A DNA stretch of 62,746 nucleotides, the filler included, from Choristocarpus tenellus KU-1152 (Eukaryota > Protista > Phaeophyceae): the NCBI GenBank assembly GCA_964200185.2. It is 7 parts of 7 records of this genome, joined end to end, with 100 filler letters (N's around TTAATTAATTAA, not from the genome) between each part and the next. Parts side by side here need not be neighbours in the genome. Positions count along the whole stretch, not along the records: positions 11,625 to 28,634 come from CAXNAD020000734.1; positions 28,735 to 36,200 come from CAXNAD020006112.1; positions 36,301 to 43,654 come from CAXNAD020006281.1; 4 more parts are not named here. One strand, given 5' to 3'. Below the pieces are notes generated by a model. That model ran no database searches. It was given only the letters and a program-made list of their open reading frames with translations, and was not told the DNA's origin. How positions within the stretch are numbered: the first letter of the stretch is position 1; each line of letters starts with the position of its first letter. Both the position numbers and the translations under genes were made by a program. Below, piece after piece: positions 26,501-39,947 of this stretch.

Positions 26501-28618
26501 AACACATGTAACCAGGTGTGACCAGTCATGCATGTTATGGATGGGATACCTCCACTTCAAGAGGGGACACTTTGACTCCTTCTCTGTTCCAGACCAGAGA
26601 GACCTCTACAGTGAGGGACTCCATGCACTTCAACACACAAGAAAACAAAGAAAAGCGGACAAAATCAAGCAGGACAGGGACAAAGGGGTATTTGTTGTGG
26701 TAGGTTCCCACACTATGGTCAATTTGACAGATGGGCAAGAGAGTAAATATCCTTCCAGTTTTAATTGCAAATACCATGAGATTTTGAGTACCCCTTTTGA
26801 GAGCTCTTAGCCTCTCCTCCACTTGGTATATGTGTGTTTGGCACTTTTCTAATGCATTTTTACCAGGTTAATAGGGTTTTGTATTGCTACCCATAACCTA
26901 GAATGGCAACCTTAACCCCAACCCCATGCTAGGTGGGCAATAGTCAAGTGGTTTGTAAAATGCTGTTAATACAACTAGCACTCATACGGTGTGATGTGTG
27001 CCCGTATGGCTGTTGACACCACAGGGTAAGTCCATGCTGCGGGGAAGAAGCAACAGAGAGGACTATGCTAGCGAGGCTGACATGTTAAAGCTATTGTGGG
27101 ACTACTGCATGATGGAAGTTGCTGCAGGGTAAGAAGAGGAGCTGCTTACTTTAGCCTCACTTCTTTTGGCCCCTGTCAGGACTGCTAATTGGTCTTTAGG
27201 CTCCGTTGGTCACTTCAATTTTATTTTAGAGATAATAGGCGTTACTGTAGTACTAGAAGCAATTAAAACAGGAGTAAACTGTTGGGGAGAATGGCAGTTG
27301 GACATAGTTATTGGCACATCTGACCTTTAATTGGGTTAATGAGCTGATCATGGGCTCAACAGAGTCTCTAATGTTCATTGGCCCAATGTGAGATGGTTGA
27401 TCTCATTTACATCAAAATGAGTGGGTTTACTATGGCAACATATTCACAAGGTAGTGTTGTGAGAAAAGAAATTTGATTTGATAACCCCTCACCAGGCTGA
27501 TTGGAATTCGTGCTCCCAGGAAATGGGGCAAACCAATGATTGACTCTGAAAAGAGGGGGATTGGAGATGAAGAATTCAATTTTTTGTTAGATATTTGGCA
27601 GGACCTTTTCTGTGTTACCAATAGTGTTCTTTTTTCTTGCATCATCTATGCAAGATTTTGTTTTAGTGTTGATGGTGGTTTTGAAATTAAAGCAATATGG
27701 TATTGTGGTGATGCATGTAGGCACTTAATACTTTCATGTGATTAGGACACTCTATTGTGTTTAGGACTCTATTGTGTTTTGATGTGTTTGTGGTGATCTT
27801 TTGTGATACATATATTTTTCCCTTCCATCTTCATTGAACAGGTATGGGGAACGATCAGTGGGGATACTGCAGGCTATGGTGGAGATGAACCTGTCCTTTG
27901 ACAAGTCTGGTAGGGAAGTACAGATAGAAGACCTGGAACAATTTTGGGAGAGTGAGAGCCCCAGAATAGGTGATGCCCACCCATCCCAGGCGGGTTTATG
28001 CGCCTGGCTTGAGAGGTGTGCAGCTGAGGTGAGTATCTGAAGTTGGTATTGTAGGGAATCCTTGTCCTGTCAATCTTGTGGGTGTCACAGAGTCACAAGG
28101 TCACAGACAGGATGGTGGCTCATGTTACTGTTACCATAGTGGTGCTGTGGTATGGCTGGGTTTGTTCTTCATTGGGGGATGCATTTTTGATATTATCAAC
28201 ATGGTGAGGACCTCCTGTTGTGCAGAATGTTTTGTGCTATATTAATATCATTATTATTGTCTTTGGACATTTTGGTGCTAGCATCTCAACTACCGCTAGT
28301 ATATGTGGTGTATTATCTTGAAACTTTGGATTGATGGTGTACTCAATGCTGTGCTTTTCACACCTGACACGCCTGCCAGGTATCTGCCCAACCCACTGTG
28401 GCCTCTGTGACAACCTCAAGAACGTGTAACACCCGACCCAAGCGTAAGCGTGCAGTGGACTTCTTCACAGATGTTATCCTCCCCACTGGCAACGAGCCAG
28501 TGCCCAGGCAACCAGAGAACAGGATCATTGCATCGGCACCTGGAAGTCCCCCCCCGGGTGGCAGTGGTGGTGGTGGTGGGGGTGATGTTGGGCATGGGAG
28601 GAGGGGTGTATCAATAAG
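23532..28618 (+). CDS. NRDE2: NRDE2-like nuclear RNAi/splicing factor, 5' part (runs into gap)
   Basis: Starts MALFP. Exons 23532-23625, 23720-24166, 24369-24525, 24709-24840, 25051-25134, 25356-25906, 26134-26320, 26516-26687, 27025-27128, 27842-28028, 28380-28618. Motifs DREGDKNNLSFGGFYRLDVPIY, RTKEFNKETRSSPEVEDLWMDFADFQDE, HNPSSVRLRL, LWMGYLHF..FDSFSV, AGYGERSVGILQAMVEMNL, FWESESPRIGD. Confidence 0.9.
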
Positions 28619-28634
28619 GTAAGATGATGCAAGC

Positions 28635-28734
28635 NNNNNNNNNNNNNNNNNNNNNNNNNNNNNNNNNNNNNNNNNNNNTTAATTAATTAANNNNNNNNNN
28701 NNNNNNNNNNNNNNNNNNNNNNNNNNNNNNNNNN
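28635..28734. other. Artificial contig spacer
   Basis: N44-TTAATTAATTAA-N44. Confidence 0.97.
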
Positions 28735-28996
28735 TGGGGGCAACAATAAAGGAATGACAAGGACGGGAATCATCCAGTGGAACCCCCCCCCCCCCCCCCC
28801 ACATACACACTCAAATTACATCCTGACAGAAGAAAAAAAGAACCCCCCATCTGAAGTACTATGCCGTATCTGGTGCTTGACACGCCCTACACAGCAACAG
28901 AACAAATGCTCCTCTTCTGAAACAGTACTTCAAAGTACAATATTACTAGTAAAATGTTTATGGCGGTAGGTGGATAGGGATAGGGATATGCCACAC

Positions 28997-29219
28997 CTTG
29001 TTGAGTCCTTTCCCATCGACCTCGTACAAGCTGAAGAGGAAAGCTGTTGTTCGTACCCTGTCCATCGACAGGAAGTTCCAAAGGCCTGTCATCACCTCTC
29101 GACTTTCCAGCTGTCCTCCCGTGCTGTGGTTGTGCCCATGGCATGTGTGTGTGTGTGCGGCAAGGGAGAAGAGGTCAATATTGTTGTGATAAAGTGCATC
29201 CCACACCTATATGCGTCCT

Positions 29220-29252
<33 letters not shown>

Positions 29253-32200
29253 GATGGCAATGCCTTTTTGTCACAGATATGTTTATTACCGCGTCTCTTG
29301 TTTTTTCTGAAGGAGATCTACCCTTTGATCTCCTCTGTACGGTGAAAAACTCAGTAGAAGTCGATTTCCCATACTGCGGCTACTGTCTTACCTATGTCAG
29401 GATCACCTCATTGTGGTAATGCCTTTTAGCTTCATTGTTCCTTCTGTGTTAAAGTTGGAATTAAACTAGGTCAGTACCCCCGATATGTGGTTACCACTTC
29501 TTCATACAGCAAAGAGCGCTTCCTCCTCAGGAAAGGATCTTTGTCAATCCTAATTTGCCTTCCAGCTTAACTTGAGGGTGGATCTACTAAAATTTATTTG
29601 GGTGGCAGTGGAGCTCCAGTAGTGCGCATGGAGTGTACTTCTGAGTGTCCATTGCGTGTTTTAATCTTCAACTTTTGAAGAAGTACAGTGATACCACAGG
29701 GGCTTACACTGTTTCCCAGAAGGTGTGTATGTTATACAAGTACTTTAAAGTTAAAACATGACGAAGACATGTCACAACTTTTGAGGTTAGAGGGTTAGGG
29801 CTGGGGGGGGGGGGGGATGAGATAAGAGCAGAAATATCCAACTCTCTGAGTAACAAATGCCACCGGTGGAGGTTCAGGAATGTGCCCAATATACATCCCA
29901 AAGCACCTGTGCCGAAGTAGCATCCGTTTGCAAAGGGGGAGAAGGCAGTCATCCCCCAGAACATCTGCCAGAAACTTCAGTATGTCCTCCTAGCAACAGG
30001 ACAGTGGTCATGGCCAGGGGAGAAGAAGTGGAAGAGAGAGAGAGAGAGAGAGAGAGCACCATTCAGCAATTAGAAAGTAAGAAAGGGGTGTGGCATTATG
30101 ATGGAGAGGAGTTAGTCAACATCGGATTTTGGGTGTGGTTGTCCCAGGGCCCAGACTGGCAAGGGAGGAAGGGTGGTGCTAATAATGTATGCTGCACTTT
30201 AATTGAGCTGCTTGAGAGAGACGGTAGAGCAATGAGCCGAAGTATCTTAGAGGGTAGAGCTGCGTCCATTTGGGGGTCAAAATTCAATTTTGCGATTTTG
30301 ATGTAATTGCGGCTATCGTGTTTGTTAGGGTTAGGGTTAACTGTCAATATCTTTGTTCTGAACACACCTTTTCATAACGTATACATTTTACCTACTCCAA
30401 AACACTTTGGAGTAGGAAAACGTCATAGAAAAATCCCATCGGAAGCCAAGCCCCAAATGGACAAACAGAACAAAACTTGTACTCTCTAAGATGCTTTCAC
30501 TCAATGTAGTGGAGCTGAATCCAAGACTTGGCTTCAAACAAGTGGATAGTAATGGCTACACGACCCAAAGTATCTGGGATAGGGGGGGAGGGTCTAAACC
30601 AGGGTGTCCATTTGGGTCATAACCAGGAAAGGTGCACTTACATTATCCATCTGACATATGCAACCAAACCACCCAAAAATCGTGACATGGAAGAAATTGG
30701 CCCCAAAAGGACCGCCGCCACCCCCCCTCAGATACTTTGTGCCACATACTGCAATGAAGGATGGTGCATTGTTGTGACTCTTGGGAGGGGGTTGTACACG
30801 TAAGGCAATAGGTTTAACTCGGGAATGATCTCATCAGGATAATATAATGCTCTTTCCCTTATATATCAGTGGTGACTTATCGGTTTCCAGCATGGAGAGG
30901 TGCCTAAAAATGGGATTTGGCCCCATTGTTGTGCATGGGAAGGACATTTTTTCCACATATACTTGGATAATGTATGTTTTTTTTCCCCCTGTATGTTCTG
31001 GCTTATACCAACAGGGTTGAGGACAAGTCGTGGGTTAGAGTCCGGCACCAATACCTGCAACTTCAGAAAATAATACTTTTAAAGTTGTGACTCAAACACG
31101 ATCTTGCTGACGGCTTGAACGTGCTTTGAAACGTATTTTCTCAAGCGGTATCATTTTGTGAATCATTCGAGGAAAGACCATTTTGAATCAAGCCCTGACA
31201 ATACAACAACCTTCTCTTCATAATTTTTGTCCTCACCTCCTCGTCCATCATGTATCCTCTGCTATCAAGGCACTTGAACATGCGCAAGATATCTCCCTCC
31301 ATCAGGTGAGAAGCCTCCAGCAGGATCTCGTTCTCCTCTGTGTGGGACATGGATAGTTCTTCTGCTAGGTGAGCAAGATGATCACATGCAAGTTTCTTAA
31401 TCAGGATTGGACCAAGGGTGTCTATGCTCCATTTTTTTACAGATGTAGGGAAAAAGGAGACAGGAGCACGGGGCTGGCAGGCCCAGGGTATCAAGGGCAT
31501 CACCATGCAGGGGGGCTGGGCAATGTCAACTTTCTTAACAGGTGCTTTGACGGAGCATATAATTCCTGCACCACGTCTCTAGGGCAGATAGATCTGGAGT
31601 TCTGTTCCTCATGACAAACTGCCTATATTTTTTTTGTTATGCCCTCGGACTTTTGCAGATTTGTCAGGGGAAAAACCAATGAAACTATTCACATGTCTAA
31701 AAAATCCCTAAAAAACTGAACAGTTGTCATACATCTGAAAAACATGAATCTATTTACTATTTTACTACCAGCTATGCTGTACCACTGCCTTCCTGTGACT
31801 CCAACATAGCTTAGCCCTGGACCCCAGGATGAGGAGCTAGGTAAGCATCCCAAGAATCTAATAAGCCCCTCCTTGCCCATCTCCCTGGCGTCTCCAGCTT
31901 AAAACACATGACACGTCTAGACCACCTGCAATGTAACCGAGACTATTTGTCGTAGGCGGGATTTGACCTTCCCTTTCCTGCTGTAGCATCTCTTCTCTTT
32001 CCCCAGTACTCTTTGTATTGTTTCGACCAACCTGATCTCCTTAATAACATGGCTGTGGTTGCTATAATTAGAACTTTCACAAGCAATGTCAAAGATCAAC
32101 AAAGATCACAAAAATGTATTTGTTGCAAGCAAAAGTAGAGTGTACTTGTTTGTCTACTTTGTGTTCTTTCTCCTTCGTTCTAACATATAATTGTAAAAGG

Positions 32201-32602
32201 AGAGTAGTGATGATATCATCAACTTTTGTATTTAGAGGAAACCAGCAAAGTTCACTGTGAGAAATTCACCTTTCTTGTATTTCCATTCAATTTCACTGAT
32301 CAAAACAATACAATGACTTCGAGTTTGTGGTTGTACAAATTTCACGTTATTACAAGAACCAAATTATCATACACACAATACATATTTCGTATACAACTTT
32401 GTACTTGTGGTTCAAAATTGCTAATCGCTGCTGCCTTCGAAGCGAACCATCACCAACCTGTAGAGTTCGTTTTTAGGTTCGTGTGATGGTCAGCCGTCGC
32501 TTTGAAATAATTACAGTTCATCGAGCCAATCCTTGCTCCGATCTCGACGAGGCTTCGGGATGAAGTCTTGTGGTGACCAAGACTTGACACACCCCCTCCC
32601 AT
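28997..32602 (-). CDS. Putative N-myristoylated protein with degenerate EF-hand-like segments; 3' end unresolved
   Basis: Four exons with matching phases 1/0/2: 32458-32602 (MGGGVSS...NSTG), 31237-31565 (...DILRMFKCLDSRGYMMDEE), 29907-29989 (EDILKFLADVLG...), 28997-29123 (STGGQLESREVMTGLWNFLSM..TAFLFSLYEVDGKG). MGxxxS start and FLFxLYxxDGxG resemble calcineurin-B/NCS-like proteins. Confidence 0.55.
30234..30502. mobile_element. MITE family B (opposite orientation to the 9778 copy)
   Basis: GAGCCGAAGTATCTTAGAGGGTA...CTCTAAGATGCTTTCACTC; flanks (c)aat/aat. Confidence 0.85.
30562..30743. mobile_element. MITE family A
   Basis: GACCCAAAGTATCTGG...CAGATACTTTGTGCC; flanks ACAC/ACAT. Confidence 0.88.
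31750..32010 (-). mobile_element. Second, shorter 3' fragment of the same RLE non-LTR family
   Basis: Reverse complement aligns with ~48960-49211 (YSRKG..RLRQIVSVT.QV; TTTTAAGCTGGAGA..CCAGGGAGATGGGCAAGGAGGGGC; same AATAGTAAATAG end). Confidence 0.8.
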
Positions 32603-33296
32603 GATTAGAAGTAATGCTCCAACTTTTCCTTCCTTTCTATTGGGCACGAAATGTTTGAGCGCTCTTAAACGCAGGACCAAGCGGCCACGCTATTGTAATA
32701 TTTTTCTCTCTTGTGACCCCGAACGAAAGTAGAACAAACCACATATGTTGGTGAAGGGGGTAAACCTTGGATCCATTACTCTGTTTTGTGGTGGGGACGA
32801 AGGGGTTGCGGTTTTGGAAGATGCATAATTCTGATGTTAGTTGTGTTCATGAGTGAAGCATAGATAAAGAATGTCGACTCTTGGACCCAATTATCATAGG
32901 AGGATTTTTATTGCAGCACGAACCGTCAACTATTTTGACATAGTTCCATTATAAGGTAGAAAAACATACAAAGATACCACCTACCACTATATCCATGTTT
33001 CAACTTCAACTTACCTTATTCCCTCATTCCTATCCATGACAACGGAGGTTAACCCCTCCTAATCGTTGTGTTTGAACTGCTATATAAGGAAGAGGTTTGT
33101 GTCTATACCTTTTTGTTGTCTTACCGTCATCGTATATACCCGTTGAAAGAACGAACATCTGTCGTTACACAATTTCAAATAAACCCTCACAGGTGTTAAG
33201 AACTCCTTATTTGAATATCTCTCTATCAATCCTACTGTGGTGCAGTTGTGGTTATCAGTTGTCGATGAGTTGGGAGTTTCACAAAAAAGGTTCGAC

Positions 33297-36200
33297 ATGG
33301 GATTGACAGTACCCGAGGCTCGGAGGTATGTGCACCCTGATTACTAGTTACTATGAAGGACCAAGTGTGCTTTACAGTGCCTCTCGCTCGGATCTTGAAC
33401 CCTCCAACCTCACCTCCTTTAATTGCATCATGGGGGAACCATCAAAAGCAAGCACTAACGATCCAATCTCCCCCTTTTCTGCTATCAAATAGCATCCTTG
33501 GCATAACGGAGAAATCTTCGTCCGCTGCTATCAAGAAGGCGTATAGGGCGGCGGCTCTCGAAACCCATCCGGACAAAAACCCAGGAGATGCAGAAGCTAA
33601 GACCAGATTCCAGAGGTAAGGAGAATTGGGTATGTACTGGTTAAGGACAGCAACGTTTGTTTCACTTCACTTTTTTTCGTGAGAGTGAGAGAGTGCGCAG
33701 TCAATTTTTTTTTGAAAGTGGTCGACTCTTTGGATCTGCTGGTCAGTAGATCCCATTGTAATGTTGGGCACAACTTTAATTGTCAACAAGTTTTGTGACT
33801 GTTTCTGTTGAAGCAATGGTCATGCAAGACTCCTTATCCTACAAAGTACCCATTCCTACTGTCTGCGCACAATCAGGGTCTCCGAGGCGTACAAACGCCT
33901 GACAGACCCCACCTCGGCGGAGGAAGAGAATGAAAGCATGTCGGAGGAAGAGGTACGCCATTTTTGCTGCTGATACTAGGATAGCATATCACAATGTGAT
34001 AGCTGAACTCTTCATAATTAACAACCTTGACCTCCCCCACCCATGTTGTGCGTATTGCGGAGAGGATAGGTCAACGCCAAAATGCCTAATGCAAAATGCC
34101 CATTACCCCCGTCGATGCCTGTGTCTCAGCAATACACCTTCTGCACGGCCCATTCCCACCCCTTCCGTTCAGATCATCTCCATGTTCAACGAGGCTGTTG
34201 GGCGTGAGCTTGTCCGCATGATGATGATGTCCCATGGGGCTCATGGTGCTCCCAAGTCGTACAGGGATCTCATGCATGAGGCTGGACAAGGGCAAGGGCA
34301 CAGGACCAGAGCAAAGTCTAGTTCAGGGACTGAGCGCTGTCCCCCTTGCGAAGAAAACGGTGTTATGGCGCCTGACGCTGACGACTTGGAAAATCTGGAT
34401 GAAATATTTGCCATGGCTATGAAGGGTGTAATGGGTGGGGGTGAGCAAAAAGATGAAGAAGAGGAGGACGATGAAGAGGAGGACGAAGACCTGGAAAGGA
34501 TAATGGACACCATGATGAGTTGCTTGGCAGGGGACGGCGAGGATCCTACGACTCTGGCAGAAGAGATTAGGAACTCGGTGGATGAGGGGGCTGCGCGGTC
34601 CTTTGTCATGATCTCGCGATATATGTCAAGGGTCAGCGGTGCTCCACCACCTGCTGTTGGGACGGGGATGGTATATGACAGTGGGACTGGGGCTGAATCT
34701 GGGGGGGGGGCATGGGACGAGGATTCCAGGTGAGATATCTGATTTTATTACAACAGGGATTACCTTTGTTTTTGGCATCATGTGTGCGATGTGGTGTGGT
34801 AGGTTGTGGTGGCATCTACTGCACTGTATTTGATGGCACAACTCTAGAACCTCTCCTGTGTTTCTTTGCACCAATTGGTCTTTGGAAAACCCATCAGAAT
34901 GCTAACTGTATGTTTGTTCTGCTGGGGATGTTTTGCCATGAATTGCAGACCTGTTCTCAGTGGAAGCAATGGGTGGAATGCGGCTATGGCCAATGTCCGT
35001 ATGCAGGCTGCTTCACTCTCTGCCAGGTAGGGTTCAGCTCTGGGGCAAGGGCATGTCTTGATGCAGCCATGGGGACCAACCGCTAATGCACGACATGCTT
35101 CTTGAAGAAGCAATTTATTTATTTTTTATCTGTATGTGAAGGTGCCTGTCTATGGTGTGGATTCTAATTTGGTGTATGACTTAGTGCTCAACACTGCATC
35201 TCGATTCAGTCTCACTTCTAGTGCATGCTGGTGTATTATGGTCAAATCATATTCAAGTAGAAAAACGTAAGTAGGCAGGTGTTGCGTGGTGATGTATAGT
35301 AGAATGAATATCTTTCCCATTGATACACTTTGGTGGTTATGCGGACTTCCTGAGTTGCTTTTTTCTGGTCACTTACTTGGCTGCCCTCCAATTCACTCAT
35401 CTTGTTCCTCCTCGTTACTCTCCGTTTGCATTCTGACTATCTTGTAACAATTCCTTACTGATGATGGGCTGTTTCCCCCTCCCTGTTGTCCGTGAAAAGG
35501 GACCAAAATTCCCCCCCCCCCCTTCCTGCAAATCCTATCCTGACCTTTTTCCTTACCTCCATTTTCCCATCGCATTGCATCCTCTACACCCCCTTGATTA
35601 GTGTTTTCGCTACCTTTCAACACATCACTTCACATCATTTAACTTAACTTAACTTCACTTAACTTAACTTCACTTAATTTCACTTGTCTGCTGAGCATAA
35701 AGCTTCAGCCCCCCTAAAAATAGTACAGTGCAAGCTCTAAATGTTCCCCCAAGATCACACACATGCTTCCCCTATCCTGACTTGCTTGTCAAGTAGCGAC
35801 CGACTGCGCACTGGAGAGGAGCAAGGTTCAGATTCTCACAACACCAGAAGAGATGGTAGCAGGGGAGGGGATGGCGGTTTCGGCACAAGGGAAACACGCC
35901 TGGCAATGGACAGCGACGGAAGCACCTGCTCGAGTGAGGACAGCAGAGCCCGGGGCGAGGGGTCACTATCGGATTCATGCGACAGCAGTGTGAGCTTGGA
36001 GCGTGACCTTTTGGGCTACCTGGATGGAGATGAGAGGCCACCTTCAGATCGAAATATTAACAGTACATTCTCGCAGTCATTCAGTTCCCTCAACTCCCTT
36101 GCTTCGATTGGTCCACTTTTTGGAGGAGGCGGTGGTGGTGGGAGTGGGGGTGGGGGTGGGGGTGGGGGTGGGGGTGGGGGGGTGGGGGGGGGGGTGGGAG
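33297..36200 (+). CDS. DnaJ/Hsp40 J-domain protein with acidic, low-complexity C-terminus (runs into gap)
   Basis: Exons 33297-33325, 33493-33615, 33877-33952, 34173-34729, ~35794-36200. J-domain ILGITEKSSSAAIKKAYRAAALETHPDKNPGDAEAKTRFQRVSEAYKRL with the HPD motif. Confidence 0.9.
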
Positions 36201-36300
36201 NNNNNNNNNNNNNNNNNNNNNNNNNNNNNNNNNNNNNNNNNNNNTTAATTAATTAANNNNNNNNNNNNNNNNNNNNNNNNNNNNNNNNNNNNNNNNNNNN
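36201..36300. other. Artificial contig spacer
   Basis: N44-TTAATTAATTAA-N44. Confidence 0.97.
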
Positions 36301-37273
36301 TGTTTTTTTGTTGTGTTTTGTGGGGGTAGTTTTCTCTTTCGGTCGGATCTTGGGGGGGGGGGGGGGGGGGAGGGGGTATACTCCACACCAGAGGATTGTA
36401 TTAATAACTCAATGGTCCGATAACATTTTTTTTTATGGGTATCATCCTACAGGCACAGTCTATCAATTGCATAGTTAGTGTATGTACGGCATTGGTCATC
36501 AGTGGACATAGAGTTGAAAAAAAAAGATCTTGTCAATAACTTAAAAATAATGAAACTATGAGCGTATCTATGTATGCGTGTATTGTATCATCTATATATC
36601 ATTCTATGCATTGTATGTATCATGTATCAAGCATATATACGTATCTTTGTATCTATGTAGCTATGTGTATGCACACTGAAAGAAATAAAAAAGAGCAAAA
36701 CATAAAGAGACAAAACATAAAGAGACAGAAGAGTGGATAAAGAGGGGGGGGGGGGGGGGTAAACCTGCTTGGGATGGAGTTTTGTGGAAAGATGATGGCA
36801 TGTACAACTTGAAGCATGTTCAATAGTAAATGCCTACCTGTACCAATCTCTGCTCCACATCCTCTGCTGCTTTTTCAAAGGGGATTTGTTTAAAATAATG
36901 GCAGAAAAAAAGTAAAAAAATAATGTTTAAAATTTGATACCGACTCTCTTCATTTTTTCTAAAGAGAGGACAAGTGTTGGAGACTATCAAATCGAATCAC
37001 ATTTTTTTTTTCACCCACGTGATCCGCAAGATAAAAAAAGTTAAAATTTAACTATTCTCACTCACGAGGAAGAGGGTTTCGCTTGATGCAAATTCCAGAA
37101 CACGAGACCATTATTTGTTTATTTTCAACCCCAGAAACATTGGAGAGACGTGTTGGTTCTGTTGCTTCCAGTCATATATGACAACCTTACCACCAACTAG
37201 TCAGTCAGCAGGGCAAGAGAGGGAACCACACTACCAAATCAGAGAACATGCCATAGACACAATAGTTCCATTT

Positions 37274-37312
<39 letters not shown>

Positions 37313-37319
37313 AATGTGT

Positions 37320-37480
37320 AATTGATCCTAGACACATCTCTCATCCCAACCATACATACAAATAACTGATCCTAACCACATCTCTCATCCCAATCATACA
37401 TGCACATTATTGATCCCAATCACATATCTCATCCCAATCACACACACACATAATTGATTCCAACCACATCTCTCACCCCA
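37320..37480. repeat. ~41-bp minisatellite, ~4 copies, abutting a CRTISO-like splice donor
   Basis: Unit like AATTGATCCCAATCACATATCTCATCCCAATCATACATGCACAT. Confidence 0.8.
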
Positions 37481-37485
37481 CTCAC

Positions 37486-39912
37486 TTCTTGGCACGGACG
37501 ACTTTCCCTCCCCGAAGTCTGACACCACACGCCCTCCCCTCTTCTACCAAAACTTCCTCCACGTGAGCCCCCAGCCTGACCTCACCCCCATGCTTTTCCA
37601 CCCCCCTCACAAGAGCGTCCACCATAGCCTCTGTACCACCCTTGGGATAGTCCAGCACAACACCCTGATCACACACAAGTATCGCAAAGATAAGTGGGCG
37701 TCTACTTCTTCAAAAAAAAATTTTAACCACCTCGGTAACCGCTTCATGGCGCGCGCGGAGCGCCGTTTGCGTTTTTGCACGCATTTTCTAGACGCACGAG
37801 TACAGCGCAACCCCCGAAGACTCATGCGTCTGACTGTCTGCCTGGCTGAGTAGGTAGGAATTGATGTGTAGTACAGAAGGCAGTCGTTCTCACGCGTACT
37901 GTTGTACTGATTACTAGAAAGTATTGTACTGATTACTAGAAAGTATTGTACTGATTACTAGAAAGTACACTTAAAGAGTGCGTTGATCGCAACAATGACT
38001 CTGCAGATTGCACATATGTATGTATCGAGGTTTATTCTCACCAAATATGTTATTCTAACCAAATACCATACCGAATCTAAATAACTCCACACCAGTAGAC
38101 AAACAAACGCAACCAACACATTAAAAAAAAATGTTCTTGTTTTTGTTAATTGGTACTGTTCACACACATGTCATGTTATGCACACGCATGTACATCCATC
38201 CACCAATGACAAGGACGTCGTATACACACCCTTCTGTTTTTCTAACAACAACAAAATAAACACAAATAAACACACAAATAAACATATACATAAACACACA
38301 TACAACAAAAGTAAAATAGGAAAATCTGTCCACTAACCAACAGGATTGTAGTGCAAAACCGTTTTAACCTCAAAGCATCCAATCATCAAAAAACAAAAAC
38401 AAAACCCCCCCAACCAACTGTAACGAGAACTGCCTCCCCTTCTAAACCCCCCCCCCCCTCCCCCGGCCCGCCCGCCCGCCCACCCTCCAGCGTCAAGAAA
38501 GGTGTGGATTGTCTACACAGCCCCGGTTGGCTCTTTAACGAGAAAAGTGTTCCAATCCCCGACAATGACAAAGGGGTCTCAACCAACACACAAACATGGT
38601 GGGACGACAATAGAAGAGCTCTCTGTCAGAGCTCGAAGATCTCAAAAAGGTGCATCCAAAAGGGCCTTTCATCAATGAGGCGTGCAACAAACCCCTGGGT
38701 ATACACACACGCCTCTAGTATGCTGGAGATTGGAGAGGAGGGACCTCCTTCCACCATCTCACTATCCTGTGCGTCGACAATGAGTCCCTTCAAACGCCGT
38801 CGAGGACCGCAATTGCTTCTCCTTGTTTGAGACCGAACCAGGGGTACATCGATGTCCGATTTATATTTTGGAAAAAAAATGGCAACAACGGCGAGGCTTG
38901 AACTCAGACTTGAGAAGCACACAAGACTTTCATTAACACACACATACGCACGCGGGCGCGCGCGCACATACACATATACACGACCAGACGCATGACCAAA
39001 CGCATGAGCACACACACACTGGAATATTCCCATAGCTACCAAGTCCATGCTGCCGCCCCGCAGGCACCAAGGCTCACGAGCATACATACCGGTCTGCACC
39101 AGTCCGCAATCATGTAGGCCATCACGGCCACCATAGTGCCTTCTGACAGGAGTCCTTGAAGCAGGAAACACAGCAAGTTCATCCAGTTCTTGACAAAGGA
39201 GTCTGTTATCTCCATTTCATCCATTAGTGCCAAGAATGGACCCTGTAGCCTGCCACATGATACATGCATTGTGTGTGTGTGTGTGTGTGTATTTATGTAC
39301 TTTTGTGCTTAAGTATGTCTAAGTATTGATGTACACATGTACGTGCATGTGCATGAGCCATGTCTAACCCTAACCTTAAGAGGAGTTTGCTGTCGAGACG
39401 CATCGGTCCCTCACAAGCATTTGCTGCATCTGTCCCCTACGTCCAGTTCTATCAGATAGCTGAAAGTGTCATATTGCTATTTTCGTAGCGATAACGATTG
39501 TCTAATACAGAACAAAAATGATTTATTTATTTTTTAAGTCAACCACTCTTGTAAGAAGACGCTATATGTGTGACTGATGTATCCTTGATTGCATGTGTGC
39601 ACCATTGTGGTATGGGGTTATGTGTAAACAGGTGAGCATTATATATGGCGGTACTAGTAGTAGTAGTAGTAGTGGTAGTAGTAGCAGCAGTAGTAGTGGT
39701 AGTAGTAGCAGCAGTAGTAGTGGTGGTAGTAGTAATAGTAGTAGTAGTAGTGGTAGTAGCAGTAGTAATAGTAATAGTAACAGTATTAGTAGCAGTAGTA
39801 GTAGTGGTGGTGATAGTAGCAGTGGTAATAGTAGCAGCAGTAGTAGTGGTGGTAGTAGTAATAGTAGTAGTAGTAGTGGTAGTAGCAGTAGTAGTAGTAA
39901 TAGTAACAGTAT

Positions 39913-39947
<35 letters not shown>

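Noticed and set aside
37884-37968. 22-bp repeats (also the 31-bp repeats at 40658-40751) as a CRISPR array
   Set aside because: Head-to-tail with no unique spacers, no cas genes, eukaryotic intron context.
38351-39171. 159-aa and 181-aa ORFs in a CRTISO-like intron
   Set aside because: Built from low-complexity sequence and an out-of-frame exon overlap; no domain recognised.
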